From positions 558,001 to 622,000 of the forward strand of contig CP145428.1 in the NCBI GenBank assembly GCA_036867785.1: a stretch of DNA of 64,000 bases, read 5' to 3'. The notes beneath the pieces were generated by a model. That model had not been told where the DNA came from. It made no database searches and saw only the letters and a program-made list of their open reading frames with translations. Position 1 is the stretch's first letter. Each line of letters starts with the position of its first letter. This document shows, in pieces, positions 1 through 12,824 of this stretch. A program made the position numbers and the translations under genes. This stretch comes from Plasmodiophora brassicae (lineage: Eukaryota).

Positions 1-1080
1 CGACGCCGTCATTGTCACTATCAAGGGGGCACAGGTCGGGGACATCAATCGGCTCCGAAGTTTCGCTGTGGAGTTCAGGTGTTGTGTCGAGGAAAGTACC
101 TTTGTGTGGAGTTTCAGGGTCGTAGTTGGGGTCGGTGAAATCGTCCGTCGTCGTAGGTTCAGCGAGCGCATCGGCAGCCGTCCGGTTGCCGAAGCCGTCT
201 TCATTGAACTGGACACTGCGGTACACCTTCGTCACGTCAAGGTCAGGGTGGTAGAGAAGATAGCCTTTCTGGTGGGCAGCGTAACCGATGAAAATGCCTT
301 TGCGAGCACGCGGGGAGAGCTTGTTACGAAGTTGACTGGGAATGAAGCCAAAGGTGTCACAGCCAAAGGTACGGAGGTAACGGATGTCAGGGCGGGAGCG
401 ACGTAGTTGTTCGTGTGGAGTTGTAGTGGGGTCCACAGGGCTCGGGCAGACATTGTGTACGTGATTCGCCGTAAGGATAGCAGGTCCCCAGAACGTTTGA
501 GGGAGGCGGGCGTGGACGAGCATAGCACGGGCCGCGTCCATCAGTGTAAGGTGGCCACGTTCAGCGACAGAGTTCTGGCGTGATGAGTAGGCGACAATGG
601 ACTGCCATTCAATGCCCTCGGCTGAGAGAAAGGCTTGGAAGTCGGTGGACAGGAACTCGCCCGCATTGTCCGCATAGACATTAATCAGTTTGCCAGTTTG
701 GCGTTCAATGAGGGTTTTGAGCGTGCGGAACCGGTCAAACGCTTCGTGTTGGTGGTGGAGGAGGAACGTGAACTTGAATCGGGAGGCGTGGTCAGTGAAT
801 GTGATGAAGTATCGTTCACCGTCGAGCGATGGTGCGGGTAGTGGTGCACACTCGTCGAAATCAATGCGTTCGAGGATTTCCCAGGTCTTCGGCTTAGCGG
901 TTCGGGCGTAGGGTTGCTCGCGCGCCTTGGCTATGGCACAGTCATCGCAGAACGGCGGGATGATGGTGGGATCCGTGGCAGCGAGACCATGGGTCAGGCA
1001 GTGATTGACCATACGCCGCACGTCGCGGAAGTTCTTATGGCCGAGGCGGTGGTGCCAACGCGTCAGGGTTGTAGTTCGTC
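1..1080 (-). mobile_element. Ty1/copia-type GAG-pre-integrase + integrase region; reading frame open off the left window edge
   Basis: Manual minus-strand translation (absent from the ORF track because no stop is in the window): RWHHRLGH...CDDC (HHCC), IDFD...ADNAGEF...QNSVAER (D,D,E), LPQTFWGPAILTANHVHN, LRTFGC, KLSPRARKGIFIGY, all typical of copia integrases. Confidence 0.92.
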
Positions 1081-1339
1081 GCCAGTCACCCGGGAGTGGT
1101 ACCGCATAGGGGAAGCACCGGCGAGGAACGCGTTTGAGTTTGCAGGACGTTACTTTCGCGAGGCGCGCACGAGCAGATTGTACAGGGTGCCCCAGTGACG
1201 ACACAGAGGACTCAGTACGTGGTAGGCCAGCGGTCGCGGCCGCTGGAGGATGGCTGGCGTCTGAGGGGATGGTTGGAGTCAAGAGGAGGGAACCACAATA
1301 TGGAGTGGACTGTGCGGCGGAGGACTTGGGCGTGTTCGG

Positions 1340-1911
1340 GCTGGGCAGGTCAGGGCCGCGTTGGCAGGTGGCCGGACACCGAGTGAATTGAATGGAGGAT
1401 GTTCGCCAGTCGATCGTCGGGTAGTGGTCGCGAAGCCATGGGAGGCCCAGGATGAGGGCTGCATGTGGTGACAATATGACATTGAGGCAGATCGACGCCA
1501 GATGGTCGTAAACGGACAGTGTTATAGGGACCGTCTCAAGACAGACAGGGGAAAGCTGGTGCCCACCTACCACGTGTAGAGAGACCGGGGTCGGTTTAGG
1601 GACAACTGGAATGCCCAGTGCTGTGGCGGTGTCATGGTCGATGAAGTTGTGGCTAGCTCCACTGTCGACTGGTGCAGAGAGTTGAATGATGGAGCCTGTC
1701 GCGGGATGGATGGCAACTGGAATGACAGAGAGGGGTGGGCAGTGGGAGGGAAAGAGACTAGCGGCGTACATGGAGTGGTCGGAGTTTTGCAAAGTTGCAG
1801 GTGTATTGGGGGAAGGCACAGGGACCGACTTATTCACCCGTGCCGTGCCCCATTTCCCGGCTGGGCGAGCGCAGGTGGTGGACGCGGTGGTCGGGTGGGG
1901 CAATCGGCGAT
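1340..1911 (-). mobile_element. Ty3/gypsy-type gag C-terminus, -1 frameshift site and aspartic protease
   Basis: Pol frame: VDSGASHNFID...SPHAALILGLPWLRDHYPTIDW...C..TC (gypsy/sushi-type protease). Gag frame: IADCP (end of a zinc knuckle)...PGNGARHG* with a G GGA AAT heptamer at 1858-1852. Confidence 0.85.
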
Positions 1912-1996
1912 GGGTGAATAAGTCGGTCCCTGTGCCTTCCCCCAATACACCTGCAACTTTGCAAAACTCCAACCACTCCATGTACGCCGCTAGTCT
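1755..1996. repeat. 85-bp inverted repeat (1755-1839 / 1912-1996, one mismatch) with a 72-bp spacer
   Basis: agactagcggcgtacatgg...gacttattcaccc versus gggtgaataagtc...ccatgtacgccgctagtct, compared directly. Confidence 0.97.
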
Positions 1997-4900
1997 ATTA
2001 CAAATATGAATTAGCAAGGTTGTTGAATACCGATGTCGGCACGCGAGCTCGCGTCAAGAGTTTTCGGGAGACAAACTGGGCTGTATGTCGATTTGTGGTA
2101 CTCGAAGGACATATCGAAATTTCGGAGTCGGCGACGCATACCGTCGAACGTTCCAATACTTCTGGAATTCGTCGCTTCAGCGAAATCCTTGACCAGTCGG
2201 CGATACCGCATTCTCCAGGAGTGATTGACGGTGGACGGCCAGTGGGTCATAGAGAAAAGATGTACGTGTAACCATCACCGGATCACGTCGTCAAGTTCAA
2301 CGGTGAACAAGGGATGTCGCAAATCGATACGAAGAGTCGAAACGTGTGAAGCAGGAAGAGCGTCCATGCTACATTATTCCCGTACAGAAGAGGGCTGTCG
2401 TTCCTGAGCGAGTAATGATGATGGAAATCGCTTCGCAGGAAAGTAAGCGGCCTGGACCATTAGCATATACTGAGCAATCGCAATAGTCTCCGAAATCGTA
2501 GACTGCAGAACATCTTTCATGAAGTAGACCCAGCGCTCAATTGGCCAACTCCAGACGCAGCCGGCTAGTGGTCCCCATCGTTCGATGACATCGGGCAAAT
2601 GAACAAGCGAGTGCAGTGATATTGTCAACAGTGACGAAGGTATGACTGATTCGAGATGTGCCACCGCATCCCTAAACCTTGTGACAAGTCGATCCAGATC
2701 GCTCTTGACGAATGCTTTTGAAAGCATCATCGATAGTGCATGCAGAAAATGAAAGACCGCTATCCAAAAGGAAACAACGGGAGAACCCGGAGGGAATCGA
2801 AGAAGAATTCTGCCGACAACCGACCACCAAACACCGATGCCGACGTCTCCCACCCAAACCAGAGAGTCCCCGCAGCCTTCCACCAAGAAGAAACCAAGGG
2901 GTTCTTTGGTTTCGCAGGTCCTCCCGATACCCAGGTCAGCTTCTTCAGAACAAAGCCGAGTTCGACAGCAAGAGAAGACCATTTCACGTTCGACTTCACC
3001 TTTGCAGGGAACGCATTATTGTTGGGCCAGGCCCAAACAGGGACGGGCCCGCTTGCGCGACCAAACAGTTTCTCGGCCTGCAGGATTTAGTTCATATCTT
3101 GATTCTAACACAGAACGCATACTTTTGCTTACTTCCGGATTGCAGAACGTGGTGCCTGAGCGGTAGTAATCAATTGTCTTGAGCAGCGGGCGAATAACCC
3201 GCAAGCAAACAGCGTGCATGGGATCATGCACATAGTTTGTACGATGTCCGAAATTTGAGAGGAGGCCGACGGAATACACGTCAGAGCCAGGGTCGCGAAA
3301 TCCCCCTCGGTCTTCGGCATTTCCTGATGTCATGCGACGTCGAATGTCATTATCGTCCTTCAGGCGTACGTCAGAGCGGAGCTGATCGAGTGACCGCACG
3401 TCACGTGGCCTTCTATCGCCAGGCTGCGTGTCCAACGATTTCGCCATGGCCTCGTAGACACCACAAAACTGTAACAACAAAGAGATCGAAATTCAGTAAT
3501 AGAAAATTCAAATGCAGAGCATTCTATAAACTGACACGGCGTTGGACTTCATGGGACGCGAACATAAACGCCCCGTGATAATTCACAGATCGGTGCGCGG
3601 ATCGCCCACGAATTCCGCACTGGTTACATGCATCCCGTTTGCCATTCTGACTAGTACAGCTGGTGGCACATAACTCTACATGATCCATTGTCTGTCATTG
3701 GAAAAGTTCAGAAATGTAGCATCGTCTTGCTGCATGTTGACTAACTTACCATAACGGCAGATAAGCATCGCACGTTCCTGATGCGTCCGCTGACGGCGTC
3801 GAATACGGGGCAACCGTAATAATACATTAAATAGAGCTCGAAAGCATCGAGGCGTTACAATGCCCTTCGATGACCCTTTGCGACATTGGGAATCAGCGCG
3901 ACGGGAGATATTAGTCCCTGATTGCATCGGATTGATGCTGGAAACCCCATAATGGTCTGAACTAGAGGAACGACCGTCTTTGACTCCCAGCTGAGAAGAT
4001 CTGCACCGTCGATCATGGACGACAGCGCGAGCGGAACGTCGTCATTAGAGCAAGATGCCATAAACGGCGAATACACCGTTTTGAAGAAATCCCCATCGGT
4101 CCAGTTCTGGATAACTGAATTTGTCGAACGCGCGGACACGTCTCGCTGAAAGTCGAGTTCTTCATGGAGAAGCTTGCAGAATGTGCTTGATCGGAACAAG
4201 CACTGTAAAGATAATATACGAGAGAAGTAGATACAAAGCTCCGCTCCTCGGCAACAGTCGCCGGTTGAGGGCGCATCTGAATCAGCAGGCCACAAGTGAC
4301 CACCACTGCACGCTTTGTACTTAAGAAACGGCGAAGTTACCCCTATATCAAGAAGGAGTTTGCGCAAGTCCTTTGTGGATTCGATGGAAGCATACTCCAT
4401 CTGAGAATCGATGAGATCATATGCAGGGATGCCACGAGCAGTGCACAAGTCGTGAATCTAGAACGCTCGATAATCAATACTCCATATCATCGACAGGTGT
4501 CAAATATTACCAAGGCGTTCGAACTCGTACGAGCGACCTTCGCGCGGTTGACAGCAACCTTCAGCATATTGTCCAGCGATTGGTATGATCCTTTGGAACG
4601 CATCGTTTCGTCGAATATATCCAGAACTGTGGGATCAACATTGGGGGGCGATAGAATTCGCCGCGCACCACCGATCGTAGGAACCGACATTATTCCGTGC
4701 ATCAGTTTCCAGAAGCGCAGGTCGAATATCGAACGGCTCAACAGAGTATACGCTCGTCTCGTTGATCACAGTCATCGTCAGCCTGCGTTGACGCTGCTGA
4801 CGGCATTGCTGAATGTGTCGAAAGATCGGATTCGACGTGTCATGAATAAGGGATTCAGAAACGCGCCGGCGCCGTTCATCCTGCGCCTGATTAACAATCT

Positions 4901-5287
4901 CGAGAAAGCGGTTCCCCGAAACCATTGCTTCCTGCTGTACTGCGGCAGCGTCTACAGAAACACGGCGTTGGTGATCATGTAGGTGTTCAAGAAAGACGTT
5001 CTGACGGAACCAGAGCCCTGTCGAAGGACGGCAGGGAGCCCGGGCAGCAATGGCTGAGACTGACTCATTCGGCCGGCGACGAAACGACGTGCGCCCCGCA
5101 CTCCGAAATCAACACCACAGACGATTGGTTGGCCCCACTGGTTTAAACACTGAGCGGATTCTGACTGCAAGCAATCGCTGTGAGCCTGTGACCGATGTGC
5201 TGGAATCGCTGTGACCGACGTAGTTCCCGTCTCCTGGGGACCGTGTCGCCAATCTGGCTCCAATTTGGAGCAGGTCGGTGTCCAGTG
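1997..5287 (-). mobile_element. CACTA/EnSpm (CMC)-like DNA transposon, copy 1; intron-split or decayed transposase, 3' end truncated
   Basis: Minus-strand ORF pieces: WTDG...LALSSMIDGADLLSW (Transposase_21-like), HDPMH, SLHSLVHLPDVIERWGPL...WSWPIERW (DUF4218-like). Candidate CACTG terminus at 5287-5283 with repeated aatcgctgtga/ctgtgaccga motifs at ~5173-5218. Confidence 0.8.
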
Positions 5288-7915
5288 GCCTGTGCATCCA
5301 ACTTTGTCGCCATCGATCCCGTTGTTACGTGACGAATTCGTCGACAATACATTTTGTACATTCGCGAGTGCCAATAATACGAACGTCGCTAACCCGGCTG
5401 CCAATAGCGAATGTCGCGGTTGGTCGGTCGGCCCCATTTGCAACGGTCGGCGGGCGGCCAGGGGCGCCGCCTCATCTGACGAGCAGGACGACGGTGCGCG
5501 ATGATAGCCCCACCCCGCCTAAGGCAGGCACGCCATTTGCAGGCGCTCGCTCTGGATGCCGGACGGCAGACGGCATCAGGCGCGTCCTGTCAAGCACGGA
5601 TTAGAAGGCCTGGGGTTAGAAGGCCTGGGTGTGTGCATCAGGCGACGAATTGAACCTGTCACGGAGGTCCACAGCGGTCACATCGACGTGTCCGGCGCGT
5701 CGGTAGGCGTCGAGCAGGGCGTGTTGTTGTCATAGTGCGTCCGTTGGCATGCGTCTCTGGACAGCGCCGGCTCAGGCAGGCGCGTCTGGGCGTCGACGAC
5801 CTGCAACGCGCGATGCTGAGCACAACGGCAATTTCGGGCGGCCGAGAACAACGATGCAGTGGGCAGCGTTGGCGACCGGTCGCACCAACGACGCCCACCA
5901 CGTACGTACCGTAGTCGGCGCCTGCTTCACTCTAGCCGACGTCCACCTTCATTGGATGGCTGTCTACCGACCTGGAACCTGACCCGTATACGAACTCGGC
6001 ACGATGTATTACTACCCTCCATCAGCGCAATCACAAGAGACCCGTTCCCGATCAATGTCGTGCCGCACAACCACGTCGACAGAGTCCTGGTCGGGGAGGG
6101 GGCGCACCGGTAGCCGCACTAGACGGCACTGATCACGATCGAGCGGCACAGCCAGCACCCTGTGGTACGTCGCCCCCGTCTTCGCCAATCCGTTCGCCGC
6201 TGAACGCGCGCGCGTGTGTGTATCGCTGCAGATCGTGTTCGCCAATGCTGCTGGGCAGCTGGGCGTCTTCGACAGCGATTTCGCCGCGCGGGCGCCCGTC
6301 CTGCTGTCGGCGTCGACCTGGCACATCGTGACGTTCGTCGTCGACGTGCCAGCGGGCGCGTACGCCCTGTACGTTGACGGGAAGGCGGCCCTGCAGCAGC
6401 GTACGTCGATGATGGTCGACGGGCCGTTCGCGCTCGACGCCAAGGTCTGCGTCTTCGGGTCGGCATCGCAGAAGCAGATCAGCCTGACAGCCACGATCGA
6501 ATCGTTCCTGACACGTCTGCACGTTCCGCAACAACCGTGCCGTCGACCATTGCGCCGTCTGCACGACGTTCCGCCAGCGACAGCAGCAAGGTGGAGGGCC
6601 CCCGGGCGACACGGTCGTCGATGCGTGCGTCGGCGGCGTCCAGCACGTCGTTGTGCAACTGCCCACTCTGTACGTTCAGGAACGAAGCGGACGCCGACGT
6701 CTGCGCCATGTGCGACACGTGCCGCTAAGCATGGGGCGTTGTTTGGAATGAATGCGGCCCATGTGGCACGGGACAACCTCCTGCCTGAACACGACCACCA
6801 CCACCATCGCCAGCGCGCGTTCATTTATAGTCGGCTCTACTGTGTTGGTTTAGGAGCAATCGCGGAGGACCCTGAACGTGGTCATATGAGAATGCATCGA
6901 CTGATGGATAGGTGGGAGCATCCGGTCGACCTCCAGGTGACGGACCCAGCGATGAATATCGAGGGCGGGCCAGCGGCACCCTCGCTGAACTCCATGTCGA
7001 CGTACCCGGAGCGCGTGTCGCCCTGGACGGCCAGCGTGGAACGCGTCGGCACGACGGGCAGTCGCCGCCCCTGAGACCGGCACCGTCAGATTCGCGTCCT
7101 GCGCACGAGGGACCAGTCGTGCCGCGTTGGCAATCGCCCACATCGGTGTACTCTAGTCGGGCCAGCAGCCGCCTGCAATGCGCGTCGACGGGGATCAGCA
7201 CGAGGACGAACTTTTTCTTCAGGAAGGGCAACCGCAGGCACGACCCTTCCTGACACGACGTCCAGCACCCGTGATCGCTGCCAGCATTATGATCAGTCGG
7301 TGATGGTCGGGCGACGGCAGCGATGTGTGGTGGCGCGCACCTGGCGATGGGTTCCTTCCTGCCGCCGGACCGCGTCTCGATGACGCAACCGCGGAAGCGC
7401 CCGTGGCCCGGGTCGACGTGCGATCGGGCGCGTGCCGCCCCTGCTGCAGACGATGCGGCCGGCGTCTGCGCCGGCGGGCGCTTGCGTCGACGCGCGACCA
7501 GGATGCGAACGGGGACCCGGATGCGCCCGGTGGAGACGTACCGGCGTACGACGCGCACGCAGGCGTAGCAGGCGCCCATTGATGGCGGGGAATGGACACA
7601 CACTCACACGCGCGCAGGGAACGGCAGGCAGGCGTCGGGCCGGCTGGCAACGGGGCCGGAATTAGAGGTCCCGGCTATTAATGGCAACGGGTGTCGACCC
7701 GGGTCGGGCTGGGCCTGAGGGACCTGTCGCGACCCGGGTCGAGCCCCGACGTCGTCGGGTCTAGCTAGCACGACCGTCAGGCCACTGGCCGGGAAACACT
7801 TCCGGAAAGGACAGCATTGGTAGGCGTCGGACCGACAACGATGATGGAGGATGTATTGTTGACGAATTCGTCACGCAACAACGGGATCGATGGCGACAAA
7901 GTTGGATGCACAGGC
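5288..7915. repeat. 65-bp inverted repeat pair (5288-5352 / 7851-7915, two mismatches) enclosing ~2.5 kb
   Basis: gcctgtgcatccaactttgtcgcc...acaatacat and its reverse complement; the peptide TNSSRNNGIDGDKVGCTG appears in ORFs on opposite strands. Confidence 0.95.
6124..6728 (+). pseudogene. Gene fragment with a LamG/concanavalin-A-like segment and a C-terminal RanBP2-type zinc finger
   Basis: WHIVTFVVDVPAGAYALYVDG (LamG-like) and CPLCTFRN...CAMC* in another frame; no clear 5' part found. Confidence 0.5.
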
Positions 7916-8086
7916 ATCGGCAATCTCGTGAAGACGTTTCAGGTGCGCACCGGTGTACATGTTGTCGTTACGAGCGGTCAGGTCCAGCAGGCGCAACTCA
8001 GGAGCGGCCGCGTCTCGGCTGAAACTGTAAAAGACGCTCTTGTGCCCCGTCCGGATGCGATAGACAGACGAGCGATATTTGGATCC

Positions 8087-9780
8087 CTACAACTTCTTCG
8101 CGTCCATAGAGAGAAGCCCGTCCAACGACCGCAACCCGGGCGTCCTGGCCGCAAACCCCATCAGGTCGACATCGTCCAACTTGGCATCATGGACAAGAAC
8201 TCGTAATGGAACCGGTGCCTTACGCGATGGAGCGGCTACAGAAGGTTCAGGTTCGGGTGCTAGGCACGGAAGAGAAGCACGGCGCTTCGGCAGACGGCGT
8301 TGCTGGCCGAGCGTTCCCTTGCTGATATCGGCCGTTGTACTGCCGTGCGACGAATCGGGCACCCGTTTGACATTCCAAACAGCGGGCGATGACGCACCCG
8401 GTACATCGGTGTGGGCTTCTTCTACCGGCTGAGGGATCGGTTCGAACAATCGTGCACGGACGAGGCGAAGTTCGTCGAGGAGGGCGGAGCCGTGCAGGAG
8501 CGGGTGGCGGAACGCGGTTTCCCAGATGTCCAGGACCTCTTTCGTGCACTGAGGCACATATGAGAAGTGAAGACGCACGAACTCAATTGATGTCAAGGCA
8601 TGTCGCATGGGGGAAGGGGCAGATGATGATGATGCGTTCAGACACGTGTCCAAGGTGAGGCGAACATCGAGCATCGTCTCAAACGCCACATCCATCAGCG
8701 CCCCGTTGACGTCGACGCTAGCGCTCGTGAACAGGTCCACGAACGTCCGCATGGTCGTCGGGTAGAATCGCATCGTTTTCATCGATACGTACGCGTCAAA
8801 GACGTCCGTGCGAGACACGTGTCCCGACGTGACCTTGCCGGAATCTGTACTTTGTCGGTAGTATTCGCGTTCGAACGTGAACATGGGGCGAAGGTGTTCC
8901 AGGTCTCGAAACGTGATCGTGTTCGGGTTGAGCGCCATGAACTCCAGCAGGCGATGCATCATCGTGTAGGACGTGGGTATCTGTTTGGCCAGTTGAGCAA
9001 CGAGGTGCCGGTCAGGCGTTCCAGAAATGATGTACTTGGCCGCCACGAAAATGATCATGAAGAGCGCCACGGCCGTCTTGACGACGTTGGGTGCCCAGAA
9101 CCTGCCAGGGCACATGAACCCTCCCGCACCAACGGCGTCACGTTTCGAGCAACGGTCGGCTGCTTCCTGTTCGCGTACCGGTCGAATCGGAATTCGTCTG
9201 CGTCGTCGTCAAACGCTTCATCGCCGACCTCGTCATCCACATGGGCGCCGCGTACGCCCACCATCACCCGGCAGGCACGTCGTACGTACGCGACGGCGCC
9301 CCGTGGCCGAACGTGAGCGTCGTGTCCGTCATCGCAACGCGTTGCATGCTCGCTCCATTGGTCAACCGCAGCGTTTCCGTAGGTGCCGATCAGTCCATCA
9401 CGTTGAGCCTGTAAGGTTGGCGGATGCCCATACGACGTTGTCCTCGTCGGGGTCAGCAAGCTCGCGCCTGACCTCGTGGTAGATTGCATGACGCGCCAGA
9501 ATAATAGATCATCCCGAACAGGGTCGGCGTTGTGTTCTGTACCCGTCGAAAAGCAACGACGCTTGGAGTTACTTGGCTTAAAGTAAAGCCATTCCTGACG
9601 TTCACGATTCGATCCGCCTTGTACTTGACCTGCCGCTCGTAGTCGCCATTGAGGACCGATTACCTCTTTACAGGTGTCCGCCATGCCCTGATAGTCGTCG
9701 TCAAGATCATTTGTTGACCACTTCGTTGCGATGCTGCTCATAGGCTTCCAGTTGCTTTTCCGCGGCGAGCTTGGGGACAA
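8087..9780 (-). CDS. Hypothetical protein in two overlapping ORFs (intron or frameshift near 9115-9150), unassigned
   Basis: ORFs 9055..9780 and 8087..9115 have protein-like composition; no motif recognised. Confidence 0.4.
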
Positions 9781-10699
9781 ACAATGGTAATTAGGTGGAG
9801 AGGCTCGGAATGCATCGTGAAGATGGCCAACGTCGACGTCGACGGTTCACAGACAGAAACATTCACCAAACAGCGAACGTAGAATGACGCCGAAGGTGAA
9901 CTTCCCAGTAGGAGGCGGGTACTGCGCATGGGCTCTGTGCCAGAGGCCATGTCGTGGTCGTCTTCGATAGAGCCGCCTTCGGCTTTTTCGAATCTCGGTT
10001 CGGGCTCCTTAGTCATACGCGAATGTGGACTCTTTCTTCCATTACTGGATAAAACAATTGCAGGGCTTGCTGCGGATGGCCGGCGCGCTTCCCGGCCAAT
10101 GGCAATACATTGATCATTTCCGTGCCCATCAAACGCACGCGGACCGCACCTGTCGTGGCGCTCGCAAAGTTATTCCTGTGCACGTTCAATCAGTCACGTC
10201 TGCTGAGAATGGTACGCGGCGTTGGGCACACCAACCAATTATGGGAGCACGGTTGAATTCGATGGCGGAGCCGACGTACGGAATATAGGCACTGCTGGGC
10301 ACGAACGGTGGTCCAGCGTCACCTCGTTCGCTTGAGCATTCATAACGAGATTCGGAGAGCCGGATCACAGCGTTGAGCTGCCTGCCGGCAATCAGTACTT
10401 TTACGGGACCCGAACCCCGACTGGGCTTGCGCCTTTTTCGGCACCAGTTTATCCTGGGTCATTGCTGGAACAGAGGTGCCGGATCTCCTATTCGTTCCTG
10501 CTTACATGATAAATCGTGTGACCTGCGATTGGTCAAGCTGCGACCTCCATGGACGGATCCCAGAAATCGACGTAATGAGCGAAATGTCTGCTGCAGATTG
10601 GGGATGAGTACTGTAATTCGTCCGAAAGAGTGCTCTTCAATTTTCTAAATATCATCTATGACCTGCTTATTCGGCGTTGCTTTCACTACTGCTGCAGGA

Positions 10700-11667
10700 A
10701 GTACGTAGCTAGGTCAGGATCATCGCCTTCTTGGCTGGTGTAGCGTAGGGAGACCCAAGTCGTTCAGTGACGTCGACCTCATCGAGGTCCCGGGGACGCG
10801 TGACCCGCAGAATTCGAGTTCGGTTCGCCGTGAAGTAACAGGGATCTATGAGGATCTGGGAACATGCCCGGACGAACACGTCTGCATCGATGCCCATTCG
10901 TAAACGAGCACCTCCCACACCTCTTGCCCGTCATTGGCCACGGTGTACACCCCGCACGGGTAACCGCCAAGAACATATCGCTCCCAGACGTATCCGGAAT
11001 GTCGAACGCTGTACAACAGCACGGCACAGACGGTCAACGTTTGTGGTCATGCTGAATCGATGTGCACTCAACCGTACCCAGGCGCAATCTCGAACTTCTT
11101 CTTTTTCGGCGATAGTCCGTCTCCGAACACGGCTCCGACGAGCACGTGCACGGTTTCGTGCGCATCCGCGACGATGGCCATTGATTCGGCCAGGATCTTC
11201 TGCTTTTGCGACTTCACCGACAGGAGCATTAAGCCGAACTCGATGCCGATTCTGCAGGTATGGACGACCCCGTCCTTGAACATAAATGTCGTATCACCGA
11301 ACCTGTAGCACTACCCGTTATTAGCAGCCTATCTTGAATACTATGCTTCCACGTACAAATGCTGGGTTCCACGAGGCTTATTGACTCTATCAATAGTCGT
11401 CAGAAGCCCAGGTCCTAGAGATTCCAAGGCCTCCGCCATTACTGCAAGCGTGCCCATTTGGTCTTCGAGATCCAACTCTCTCGGCTCAGCGTCGGGGTCT
11501 TCGACAATGAGGAGCGTATGCAGGATCTCCAGCGACCGCTTCGAGCATAGTAGACCGGCGGACGCGTTGACGAACACGCTGGCGAATGACTTCGCCTCCG
11601 GCTTCATGCGCGGAATGCTGTCGGCCTTGGCCTTGCGGATTCGTTCCACGAGGCCGACGATCTCCAT
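10700..11667 (-). CDS. Hypothetical multi-exon protein or remnant, unassigned
   Basis: Consecutive minus-strand ORFs (11341..11667, 11068..11283, 10846..11037) separated by intron-sized gaps. Confidence 0.3.
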
Positions 11668-12824
11668 ACTGCCTGTTTGATCATTAGTACTGTAGGTGTC
11701 AAGAAGAGCCCGGATCTGCCGGTTGCAATGCTAACGTTTGTTTCGGACGGACGTCTCGGCCGCCGACGACAGCATCCAATTGCAAATGACAGCACGGACA
11801 TTGTCCGTACGCGCCGAGGCAGTTCAGGCTCCTAAATCTGACCGCGTATAGTGCGCGCCGCGTCACGCCTCAGGAATGGGCGACGTCGGGCGTCATTCAA
11901 GACCGTCGCCGTTCAACGTTGTCGTCAGCTGCGCGCTCGGTTTGATAAACGCATCCCTGCCGTCAGTCACCTCAGGGCTGGTCACGATACGGGCGCCATA
12001 TTGCTCAGCCGGACGCAGGCCGCAATCGCTGCTAGTGCAAAGACCACCACCATTCGCATAATTTCGCAAGAAATGAGCAGACCGTGCTGGGTGGTATGGG
12101 TGACAACTGGTAGCGCAAGACGCAAATGAAATCGACCCTGTACCATGCCATAGAACAAGGTTGGCTCGTACTTCCGGACGCAGTGAGCTGTGGCGACAAT
12201 CGCAACCTGCACCAAGGAATCCCGACAGCGAAACAGTGCGATTCGACGTGTATTCGCACGCAGGTGGATCATGCGAACGTGCACAGCAGGTCGCATAATA
12301 AGGTCGAATGCGACACAGCTGGTGGCGACGTCGTGTGCTGCCGCGGTCTCGTCTGTGGGAGGTGGCAGACGCTGCGTGCACCAGCTATCGGATCACGTCG
12401 ATGCGAACCTGATCTGGCCCCATATTCGTCCGCGGCCCGATCAGCGGGAATTCGAGGGGCGAATATGCCGACACATAGCAGTAGGTGGGCTGGCTCGGTT
12501 GCTGTGGTTCGGGCGGCCACCCGCCCCCGACTACCTACCTGCAGTCGGGCGGCCTGAGAGGACAACGGGCAGCGTACCGCCACGATATCCAGCCAGTGCA
12601 AGGGCCGGTTGTGGGGCAGCGCGACCCCGCCAGCCTCCGTCCTGAGATGACCTTGTTGTCGTCCGCCGATCCGAATGGGGTTTCCAGGCGTCGGCACGAT
12701 GTGTCGGAGCGAGTAGGTACGCGGGCAATATATATTCGGTGCGTGCTGCGACGAGGTCGGGTGCGATCACCTGGCGATCCGGCCAGCGTTGCGCCACGGT
12801 GAGGTGTGGGGCGGCAGGAACGTT

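Noticed and set aside
1912-2100. 5' LTR or primer-binding site of the retroelement
   Set aside because: gag is truncated by the fold-back and the sequence passes straight into CACTA transposase remnants.
5601-5629. ttagaaggcctggg x2 as a telomere-like repeat
   Set aside because: Two copies only, not a telomeric unit; a simple local duplication.
11890-12060. Secreted protein starting MRMVVVFALAAIAACVRL (minus strand)
   Set aside because: Stops after ~25 codons and I could not build a credible spliced continuation.
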